Shown here piece by piece: positions 1 to 7,156 of a DNA stretch of 64,000 nt. Source of the stretch: an uncultured Gammaproteobacteria bacterium (GTDB lineage: Bacteria > Patescibacteriota > Microgenomatia > Levybacterales > UBA12049); contig CAZWMJ010000002.1 of assembly GCA_964635045.1 (NCBI GenBank), positions 7,688 to 71,687 of the forward strand, written 5' to 3'. The number at the start of each line of letters is the position of its first letter. Position 1 is the first letter of the stretch. Under the pieces are notes generated by a model, which was not told the origin of the DNA, ran no database searches, and was given only the letters and a program-made list of their open reading frames with translations. Position numbers and translations under genes: made by a program.

Positions 1-350
1 TCTTTTGCCAAGAGGCCTTTTTTTTCTATTTTTTGTAAAACTCCTTTTAGCTCATCAAATAATTTTCCTACATATTGCAGGCTTTCTTTTCTCTTTTTCA
101 CTCGGGCAACCAATCTGACAGCTTCTATGTGTCTTTCTTTTAAGGCGCTGACTTCATCCTGCAAATTTTTTTCTTTTTTTTCTGCTAATTTAGCGCATTT
201 TAGAAGTCTGTCTGTCACGCCGCTAAAAGCGGATACCACCACCGCAATCTTTCCTTTTTGCGAAGCCGACATCGCTATCTTTCCCACTTTTTTTATTGTT
301 TGTGGTGTTCCGACAGAAGTCCCGCCAAATTTTAATACTTTTTTAAACAT
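1..350 (-). CDS. aspartate kinase, N-terminal part (gene continues past the left window edge)
   Basis: Missing from the ORF track only because the window edge cuts it. Minus-strand translation from ATG 350-348 gives MFKKVLKFGGTSVGTPQTIKKVGKIAMSASQKGKIAVVVSAFSGVTDRLLKCAKL... This carries the KFGGTSV and VVSAxxGVTD N-terminal signatures of aspartokinases. GGAGG lies at 366-362. Confidence 0.8.
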   Translation of the reverse strand, partial: MFKKVLKFGGTSVGTPQTIKKVGKIAMSASQKGKIAVVVSAFSGVTDRLLKCAKLAEKKEKNLQDEVSALKERHIEAVRLVARVKKRKESLQYVGKLFDELKGVLQKIEKKGLLAK

Positions 351-380
351 AAACAAAAAAACCTCCTGACATGGGAGGCT
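351..380 (-). terminator. intrinsic terminator inside the aspartokinase leader (also buries the SD)
   Basis: Minus strand reads AGCCTCC-CATGTCA-GGAGGTT (380-360, 7 bp including one G-U), then a T-run and GTTT directly before ATG 350. The GGAGG of the 3' arm is the only SD-like element for the gene. Confidence 0.5.
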
Positions 381-407
381 GTACACACATTACAATTACA
401 ACCTCCT

Positions 408-458
408 TTAACAAGGAGTAATTGTAATTACAATTTCTGCCAAACTTATTTTTTTCAT
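408..458 (-). CDS. putative attenuator leader peptide MKKISLAEIVITITPC
   Basis: ATG 458-456 to TAA 410-408, starting 13 nt after the TATACT box. Codons 9-14 are ATT GTA ATT ACA ATT ACT (IVITIT) and overlap hairpin segment 1. Below the ORF-track size cutoff. Confidence 0.45.
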   Translation of the reverse strand: MKKISLAEIVITITPC

Positions 459-511
459 ATAGACAGCATCTAGTATAACAAAACTAACATCAGCTTGTCA
501 ATAATTCTAAT

Positions 512-2095
512 TTATTTTATTAAAGGATCTGGAAACGGGATAGGCATAAGAGCTTTTATTTCCCCAATTTCTTCTCGTAAATATCTTTGTGCATTTACTT
601 TTTTTCCTGTTAAGGGGTCTATGATAGTTCTATCATTAACCCACAAAAACCAATGATTCATTCCCGTTTCCTTTCGTACTCCAAGAGCCATGTGAGGAGT
701 ATTAACGCGATAATCGGGACCAAATCTGTCTACCATATCCTCCGCGCCAATTAAAAAAAAGATACCGGCGGTACTGACGCCGCCTCCTTCTTCTACAAAC
801 TGATCCGGGGCATAACCTAACATTTCAAGGCATGCCTCCCCGCAAGTTTCTTCTTTCGACTGTTTCCGTACATAAATCTTATGTTTTCCATCTGATCCAG
901 TAAGTATAACTTCTCCTGTGGGCTTGCTGGTTTTGCTGGCCGTGTTTGCAAGTTGCAGAGAATCTCTAATTGCTTGTCCAATCAAATAAATTGCTCCTCC
1001 ATCTTCCGTTCCCCCCGCAATACGCACATTGCCGCTTCGATCATCCGGCCAAATTCTGGTTTCATTAAATCCAAAACTTTGTCCCAATTTACAAAAGTGT
1101 CTTATGACTGGATTATTCCATAGAATAGTTGTTATATCATAATGATCCAAACGATCATCTCTGGTAGCACCAATAAAAAGAACTGGCGACGCACCGAATG
1201 GAAATCTTTTATTCGCATATTCACTATTTGAATGCGAAGAAAGATTAGGATACATTACCACGAATGCACCTCCTGCTATTTCTGCTTCTTGCGCGGCTTC
1301 TGCCAATGAAAAGGTATTTTGAAGAGTTTGCAGATTTCTTCTATCAAACTCTTCTTTTGAGGGAGGTATAATCTTTGCAAGCTGTAAAACGGCTGAAGGC
1401 GATGGAGTAGGACCTCTTCGCTTACGTCTATCTAACAAGCGTTGTATGAGCTCTTCTTTGTTTGAATAAGCTACGCCCAGCATTTCTCGATTTAATCCGT
1501 AGTATTTTGTGCCACTCTCAACCACAATCACATCAAGATCTGTGCTATTCAATATTTCTCTCATTGGCAAGCCAGATGGCGTTGGGAGTGTGTTATCTAA
1601 AACAATAAGAGGATTTACTCTCTTTACTGTTTCGTGAGATAAAAATTCTTCAATAGGAAGTACCGACATGCTTTGAGAGTTTGCCACAGTTTCAAAAAAG
1701 ACGATATTGGGTCTATGTCGTCCTATGGCTCTTATGATGTCAGAAAGTGAACCGCCGTCAACCTGTACTGTTTTTACTCCTCTGCCTTTTAACTCCTGAG
1801 TAATGTACCAGTTTGATTGACTATACAGTCCGTCTCCATGCACAATAGTCGTTTCTGCAGTTGGACGAGTAAGTTCCAAAGTTTCAGCTACTGCCAGCAT
1901 TCCACTGGGATATAACACAACTCTCTGTGAGGGAATTCCTACAAGTTCGGCGATTGTATCTGTAAAAGCCGCCAATTTAAGAGTGCCATCCCGCGGATAC
2001 ATTTCTACAGGTTGCATGTTAGCTCTTCTTCGTTGTGCTTCAATCAAAGCCGGTACTGATACAAATGATGGAACTTCTGGTAATTTTACTGTCAT
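512..2095 (-). CDS. fusion protein: Cys/Met-metabolism PLP-dependent enzyme (CGS/OAH-sulfhydrylase-like) with C-terminal papain-fold peptidase C39-like domain
   Basis: 527 aa. Residues ~35-385 show YPSGMLAV, FETVANS, VLDNTLPTP and ESGTK197YYG (PLP-lysine position, codon 1505-1507). Residues ~395-527 show KQ412SKEETC418GEACLEMLGY (Cys codon 842-844) and NH481WFLWVNDRTIID493P, the Q/C/H/D layout of C39 peptidases. ATGA overlap with thrC (2092-2095). Confidence 0.6.
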   Translation of the reverse strand: MTVKLPEVPSFVSVPALIEAQRRRANMQPVEMYPRDGTLKLAAFTDTIAELVGIPSQRVVLYPSGMLAVAETLELTRPTAETTIVHGDGLYSQSNWYITQELKGRGVKTVQVDGGSLSDIIRAIGRHRPNIVFFETVANSQSMSVLPIEEFLSHETVKRVNPLIVLDNTLPTPSGLPMREILNSTDLDVIVVESGTKYYGLNREMLGVAYSNKEELIQRLLDRRKRRGPTPSPSAVLQLAKIIPPSKEEFDRRNLQTLQNTFSLAEAAQEAEIAGGAFVVMYPNLSSHSNSEYANKRFPFGASPVLFIGATRDDRLDHYDITTILWNNPVIRHFCKLGQSFGFNETRIWPDDRSGNVRIAGGTEDGGAIYLIGQAIRDSLQLANTASKTSKPTGEVILTGSDGKHKIYVRKQSKEETCGEACLEMLGYAPDQFVEEGGGVSTAGIFFLIGAEDMVDRFGPDYRVNTPHMALGVRKETGMNHWFLWVNDRTIIDPLTGKKVNAQRYLREEIGEIKALMPIPFPDPLIK

Positions 2096-3531
2096 CGTAG
2101 TAATTTAAGTCTTTCGGAAATAACTCTAACTATTTGATCAGCATCGGGCTCAACAGGAATTGGACGATTGGCAAAGGTGGAGACAATCTTTACTCCTCTG
2201 GGAGTAACTTGCGAAGATAAGTCAAACTCTTCATGAAGATTGTCTGCATGATAAAAAACAATATAATCAGGATCTTTAAGCATGTGTCCCGTTAAAATTG
2301 CCACAACTTCTTCATCTTTATCAAACATTACATCTGTTCCTTCTTCTACAATTCTCTTCAGTCCTGCAATAGCAAGAGCGGAAGCTGGTTCACAACCAAT
2401 GCCATCCCGACCAACAACCGCCTTGGCATCGGCTATTTGTTGTTCATTAACCTGTGTAACCCATCCATTAGTTTGTTTAATTCCATCCAGTGCTTTTTTC
2501 CAAGAAACGGGGTCGCCGATTTTGACAGCAGTTGCCAAAGTTCTAGCATGAACTGTAATAAGATGAGAATCGTCTCCGCTTGTTATTGTTTGATAAAGAG
2601 GATTCGCTCCCTGCGCTTGAACAACTGTAAGCTTTGGTAGTTTATCAATAAATCCCAACATCTTAAGTTCTCGCAAACCCTTCCACAGAGCGGCGGCATG
2701 TCCAAGATTGCCTCCAGCTACAATAATTCGATCTGGAACTCGCCACCCCCGTTGTTCCAAAAGTTCGGCAACTATTGTTTTTTGCCCTTCGATTCGAAAT
2801 GCGTTAAGCGAATTAACAATGTAAGCACCGACTCTCGGTGCTATTTGTCTTGTAAGATTCATGCATCCATCAAAATCAGTATCAACTTGAAGTGTTAATG
2901 CTCCATAGTCTAGCACCTGCGATAATTTTCCATACGAAATCTGTCCTTTTGGTAAAAGAACAATCCCAAGCATACCTGCTCTTCTTGCGTATGCCGCTTC
3001 CGAAGCAGAGGTATTACCTGTTGAACCGCAAAGAATAGCTCGCGTTCCTAAAATTCTTGCTTGTGTGGCGGCCGCGGCCATTCCCGGATCTTTGAAAGAA
3101 CCGGTTGGGTTCCAGCCTTGATGTTTTACCTGTAGGCGCTTGAGTCCAACATATTGGGCACATCCTGGCGCTTCAAGAAGTGGTGTGTTTCCTTCCCCCA
3201 GCGTTACCACTTGTGAGGAATCATCAACAAAAGGTATAAATTCACGGAATCTAAACACTCCACTTCTGTCTTCGGGCCTTTGCGATGTTCGGCGTAGAAC
3301 CCAAACATCTTTTAATTCTTCTGGGTCAAGATCAACTGGAAATCGATAGATGACGTCTAAAATATCACCATCTCTTGCACATTCGTAAACTGGGTCGGGT
3401 CTTGTGGGATATCGAACATCACAGGTAATACAGGCAAACTCCGCACGATCAGCAAAGCCGGGGTTTGCTTCCAAAACTCTGCGGGTGTTAACAATTGCTT
3501 CCTTAGCTAGACCTAACTGTTCTACCGACAT
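2092..3531 (-). CDS. thrC: threonine synthase
   Basis: 479 aa. Has the GSFKDPG PLP-lysine motif (SFKDRG type) and GSTGNTSAS. An N-terminal CITC...YEC looks like a remnant of the zinc-ribbon seen in long-form ThrC. Confidence 0.9.
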   Translation of the reverse strand: MSVEQLGLAKEAIVNTRRVLEANPGFADRAEFACITCDVRYPTRPDPVYECARDGDILDVIYRFPVDLDPEELKDVWVLRRTSQRPEDRSGVFRFREFIPFVDDSSQVVTLGEGNTPLLEAPGCAQYVGLKRLQVKHQGWNPTGSFKDPGMAAAATQARILGTRAILCGSTGNTSASEAAYARRAGMLGIVLLPKGQISYGKLSQVLDYGALTLQVDTDFDGCMNLTRQIAPRVGAYIVNSLNAFRIEGQKTIVAELLEQRGWRVPDRIIVAGGNLGHAAALWKGLRELKMLGFIDKLPKLTVVQAQGANPLYQTITSGDDSHLITVHARTLATAVKIGDPVSWKKALDGIKQTNGWVTQVNEQQIADAKAVVGRDGIGCEPASALAIAGLKRIVEEGTDVMFDKDEEVVAILTGHMLKDPDYIVFYHADNLHEEFDLSSQVTPRGVKIVSTFANRPIPVEPDADQIVRVISERLKLLR

Positions 3532-3556
3532 GTATGTTAGAGCAGGATGTGCCGCG

Positions 3557-3586
3557 ATTATACATCGCTGACAAACTGAAAGTCAA
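3557..3586 (-). promoter_or_regulatory. sigma70-type promoter for thrC operon
   Basis: Minus strand TTGACT (3586-3581), 18 nt, TATAAT (3562-3557). A 25-nt leader runs to ATG 3531. Confidence 0.5.
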
Positions 3587-3607
3587 ATTCTGTGCTACAC
3601 TAAAAAC

Positions 3608-3943
3608 ATGAGGCGGAGGAGTCGGCCAATTTGGCTTCTAATTGTAAGTCTAATGTTATTGGGTTCCTTGGTTTATCTAACCATCTTCTTCTCCCCCAAT
3701 TATTCAGTGCTAATCGTCAATTTCCACTTATCAATTACTATTGTTTTCTTTTTCCTTCTTTTTTTCTTTGTTAGCTGCCTAGCAATATATCTTTTGAAAA
3801 ATATCCGTCGGGGAATATTTGTGGCTTTGTTTGTGACCGCCTATCTTCTTTTTCGCCTTTGGCATTTAACCCACCCCTTTTTTCTCATCCTGTTGCTGGC
3901 CGTTTTTTTCACCCTTGAACTCTTTTCCTCCAACAGAAAATAA
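3608..3943 (+). CDS. small integral membrane protein, function unknown
   Basis: 111 aa with 3-4 hydrophobic helices. TACACT (3596-3601) lies 6 nt before the ATG. Confidence 0.5.
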   Translation: MRRRSRPIWLLIVSLMLLGSLVYLTIFFSPNYSVLIVNFHLSITIVFFFLLFFFVSCLAIYLLKNIRRGIFVALFVTAYLLFRLWHLTHPFFLILLLAVFFTLELFSSNRK

Positions 3944-3965
3944 CAACAACTTCATTTTCTTGCCG

Positions 3966-5558
3966 TCAGCTTTTAGGCCGTCCCAGCTTCTCTAATTTAT
4001 TACCAAATTTCTGCCATAATCTTGCTTCAATTTCTGTTCCCCAGCCGCCATGGGGAATTGCACCAATAAAACCCTGTGAAATTTTAGCAATCAACCTCCT
4101 GACTGTATAATGCCAAATCTTTCCATCTCTAGAAACATTTTTACCAACTTGAGCTGGTATTGGCAAAACTGATCCCAAAGTGGGGATAGCAGAAATTAAG
4201 GCTGCCAGTCTTAAATCAGTTTTTGTGATCAAACCCGTTGTGAGTGTTACTGCTGGGCGCAACTGGGGTAAAACCCGCCCTAGGAAAAATCCCAATGCAG
4301 CTGTTTCTAGTTTATCTTCAGCAAATAGAGCCGTTAAATATGCTGATCCCTCGATAAGATTAATTAAAATACTAGAAGCTATATAATATACCTGAAGACC
4401 CATCAGCGCATTAAGTTCTTTAGTAGTCAACTCTGCACGAGCAACGCGCCAAGCGTCAAGCCACTCTGGCTCACTAATGATTCCTTCTTTTTTAGCTCGT
4501 TGAACACCAGCAAGGACAAAGTTCTTATTAAATAAGAAAGCTCTGTAGGAAGGATATTTTAATATCCCAGCCAGAATTTCTAACTTCTCTTTTCTGAAAA
4601 GAGGATCGGCGAGAAATTTCCAGACAGACCGCTCTGTTAGTAAATCCGTGGCTACTTCACCTGCTGCTCTTGTGGCAGATTTGAAATCTTTATGAGGAGA
4701 AACAACATCAGCTTGCGTTTTGAGATTTTGATAAAGCTTAAGATCCGACATGACTTCGTTAAATTCTTCGTCCGAAAACAAAGATTTATGCTTAATAATC
4801 TCACTTAAAAAATAACCAACATGAATACTATTAAAAGTTCTTTCTTTTTGGAAAAACCAATGTCTTAACTGACCATGAGACTTGAAATGGAAAAACGGCC
4901 AAGTCCAGCCATTGTGAGGAATTGCCGGATCTGTATCCAACCAAATCCAAGGCTGTTTTTGATTTTGAGGATCAAACCACAAATTAGCCATACCAAAAGG
5001 GTTATCGGGATGAATTTGTCCTGCCTGCTCAAGGCCAAGGTTCAAAGCAAGCTCAAACAACTCCTGCTGGGCTTTTCTAAACTCGGAAAACTCATCAACT
5101 CCCAAATCAAATCTTGGTCCTCGGCCAACCATCTTTTCTTTAACTTGAGCATAACCTGTGGTAAGTTTTGTATAACCATAAGATGCGGGCGTACAAAATT
5201 TACCTCGTGAAACTATCGGCAATACTCTGTGAATAATTCGCGCTGTTAAATGCTCAAGCTGTGCCGCCGCTTCATCCTTGTTCGCCGGAAGATCTTCAAA
5301 ACCCCAGTTAACCACTCGCCAAAGGTGATGCCAAGCATCAGGCAAAGAAGTCTTGATAACACGATCGCCCTCTTTGGGAATTAAAACTTTCCCGAAGAAT
5401 CCTCCGCCGCGAACCTCGCCAATCGTCATCTGCTGCGGGTTTTCAACAACAGCGCCATCAAGTCCCAAAGTTTTTAAAGTAAATGTCAATTTTTGCCCGG
5501 GAGAAAACTCTTTGTAAGGACTTTGAGCTATCGATTCACTCCGTTCCGAATTTACCAT
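3966..5558 (-). CDS. protein-kinase-like fold protein with C-terminal membrane-spanning region
   Basis: Gly-rich loop plus Lys in GGGFFGKVLIPKEGDRVIKT. Catalytic-loop-like IHPDNPFGMANL, then IWLDTD. The last ~150 aa hold three hydrophobic helices. Start moved to ATG 5558 (MVNSERS...) because TATAAT (5571-5566) lies 7 nt upstream; the track start at 5585 is TTG. Confidence 0.45.
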   Translation of the reverse strand: MVNSERSESIAQSPYKEFSPGQKLTFTLKTLGLDGAVVENPQQMTIGEVRGGGFFGKVLIPKEGDRVIKTSLPDAWHHLWRVVNWGFEDLPANKDEAAAQLEHLTARIIHRVLPIVSRGKFCTPASYGYTKLTTGYAQVKEKMVGRGPRFDLGVDEFSEFRKAQQELFELALNLGLEQAGQIHPDNPFGMANLWFDPQNQKQPWIWLDTDPAIPHNGWTWPFFHFKSHGQLRHWFFQKERTFNSIHVGYFLSEIIKHKSLFSDEEFNEVMSDLKLYQNLKTQADVVSPHKDFKSATRAAGEVATDLLTERSVWKFLADPLFRKEKLEILAGILKYPSYRAFLFNKNFVLAGVQRAKKEGIISEPEWLDAWRVARAELTTKELNALMGLQVYYIASSILINLIEGSAYLTALFAEDKLETAALGFFLGRVLPQLRPAVTLTTGLITKTDLRLAALISAIPTLGSVLPIPAQVGKNVSRDGKIWHYTVRRLIAKISQGFIGAIPHGGWGTEIEARLWQKFGNKLEKLGRPKS

Positions 5559-5614
5559 AGAGGATATTATACCCCAACTTAGCAAGTACAGACGTTCTTT
5601 AATCTACTTTCATC

Positions 5615-5643
5615 TTGTCCCCAGCCTCATTTTCTGCTAGAAT
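5615..5643 (+). promoter_or_regulatory. metG promoter, predicted leaderless
   Basis: TTGTCC (5615-5620), 17 nt, TAGAAT (5638-5643), then 6 nt to ATG 5650. No SD. Confidence 0.5.
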
Positions 5644-5649
5644 TCATTC

Positions 5650-7095
5650 ATGGCTAAATTTTTTATCACCAATGCCATCCCCTATGTCAATGCCAAGCCG
5701 CACATCGGCCATGCTTTGGAATTTGTGCAATCAGATGTAATTGCCCGATATCACAGGCAAATTGGCGATGATACTTTACTTCTTTGTGGAGGAGATGAGA
5801 ATGCCATTAAAAATGTGCAGGCGGCAGAGCAGGCAAAAATACCAGTACAGGAGTTTATAGATAAAAATACAGAACTTTTTCGTCAGCTGGCGATTAAACT
5901 AAACATTCAATTTGATGTTTGGCAAAAGGGCAGCGACCCAAAACATCATTCTTCCTCACAAAAACTCTGGCAACTCTGCTTTGCAGAGGGCGATATTTAC
6001 AAAAAATCTTACGAGGGGCTTTATTGCGTGGGCTGCGAACTTTTTTACGAGAAAGAAGAGCTGGATAAAAAGGAAGAGTGTTTTGAGCATCCGGGGAAAA
6101 AATTAGAGAAAGTTTCGGAAGAAAATTATTTTTTTAGATTATCAAAATATCAGGACCGGTTATCAGAAATTATTAAAAAAGATGAGCTGTTAATTATTCC
6201 GCAGACTCGTAAAAACGAGGTAATGTCATTTCTCAAGCAAGGTCTAAAAGATATTAGTATTTCCAGAAGCAATGCTCGGGCCAAGAATTGGGGGGTTGAT
6301 GTGCCGGGAGATTCCTCACAAAAGATGTATGTTTGGTTTGACGCCCTAAACATTTATCAAAGCGGGGTGGGGTTTGGACTGAATGAAGCAAAATATCAAA
6401 AATGGTGGCCGGCGGATTTGCATGTAATTGGCAAGGGCATTTTGCGCTTCCACGCCATTTACTGGCCTGCATTTTTGCTTTCGGCTAAACTTCCTCTGCC
6501 AAAAGCCATTTTTGTTCATGAATATATTACTGTTGGCGGTCAGAAAATGAGTAAAAGTTTGGGAAATGTGATAGATCCAGAAGTTTTGATTGATAAATAT
6601 GGAGCAGAAGCCCTGCGATATTTTTTTCTGCGTCATATTTCTCCTTTTGTCGATGGAGATTTTTCCGAAGAAAAATTAAAAAGCGCATACAACGCAGATT
6701 TGGCAAATGGGCTGGGAAATTTGGCGGCCCGGGTGGCCAAGCTTTGCGAGAGCGCAAATTATACCCACATGGGCTCGAAAGAACGCGTTTCAGGTCACCT
6801 TATCGAAGTAGGAGAATATAGCGAGGCGTTTTCTGAATTTCGTTTTAATGATGCCCTCTCTTTTGTTTGGCAAAAAATAGCCTCTCTGGATAAGTTTATC
6901 AATGACGAAAAGCCGTGGGAGCTGGTGAAAAACAACAATCCCAAAATAAAAAGCATTCTCAACCACGCCGTTGATCAAATCCAGGAAATCGCCGCTCTTC
7001 TTGAGCCCTTTTTGCCGGAAACTGCTGCCAAAATTGAAAACCAATTCCAAGGCCCAAAGATCGTTAGCCAAAAACCGCTCTTCCCGAGAATATAA
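5650..7095 (+). CDS. metG: methionine--tRNA ligase (short form, no C-terminal tRNA-binding domain)
   Basis: 481 aa. HIGH motif (KPHIGHALE) and KMSKS motif (GQKMSKSLGN). CVGCELFY knuckle. Confidence 0.95.
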   Translation: MAKFFITNAIPYVNAKPHIGHALEFVQSDVIARYHRQIGDDTLLLCGGDENAIKNVQAAEQAKIPVQEFIDKNTELFRQLAIKLNIQFDVWQKGSDPKHHSSSQKLWQLCFAEGDIYKKSYEGLYCVGCELFYEKEELDKKEECFEHPGKKLEKVSEENYFFRLSKYQDRLSEIIKKDELLIIPQTRKNEVMSFLKQGLKDISISRSNARAKNWGVDVPGDSSQKMYVWFDALNIYQSGVGFGLNEAKYQKWWPADLHVIGKGILRFHAIYWPAFLLSAKLPLPKAIFVHEYITVGGQKMSKSLGNVIDPEVLIDKYGAEALRYFFLRHISPFVDGDFSEEKLKSAYNADLANGLGNLAARVAKLCESANYTHMGSKERVSGHLIEVGEYSEAFSEFRFNDALSFVWQKIASLDKFINDEKPWELVKNNNPKIKSILNHAVDQIQEIAALLEPFLPETAAKIENQFQGPKIVSQKPLFPRI

Positions 7096-7112
7096 AAGTT
7101 TTATTTATTGAA

Positions 7113-7154
7113 ATATTGGATATTGGTAGTATTTGTAGTATTGGTAGTATTATC
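7113..7154 (+). repeat. 42-nt ATATTGG/GTAGTATT tandem-repeat element (copy 1 of 2)
   Basis: ATATTGGATATTGGTAGTATTTGTAGTATTGGTAGTATTATC. Nearly identical to 35666-35708. Fills the metG-tatD spacer and supplies the TTGGTA and TAGTAT hexamers. Confidence 0.8.
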
Positions 7155-7156
7155 AT

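Larger units (their letters stand above)
351..501 (-). promoter_or_regulatory. aspartokinase promoter plus attenuator leader with alternative hairpins
   Basis: TTGACA (501-496), 18 nt, TATACT (477-472). Three mutually exclusive pairings: 428-418 with 399-389 (11 bp), 406-397 with 383-374 (10 bp, one G-U), and 380-374 with 366-360 (terminator). Confidence 0.55.

Noticed and set aside
127-369. 80-aa plus-strand ORF from the track
   Set aside because: It is antisense to a clearly recognisable aspartokinase N-terminus (KFGGTSV...) and has no motif or start context of its own, so it is a shadow ORF.
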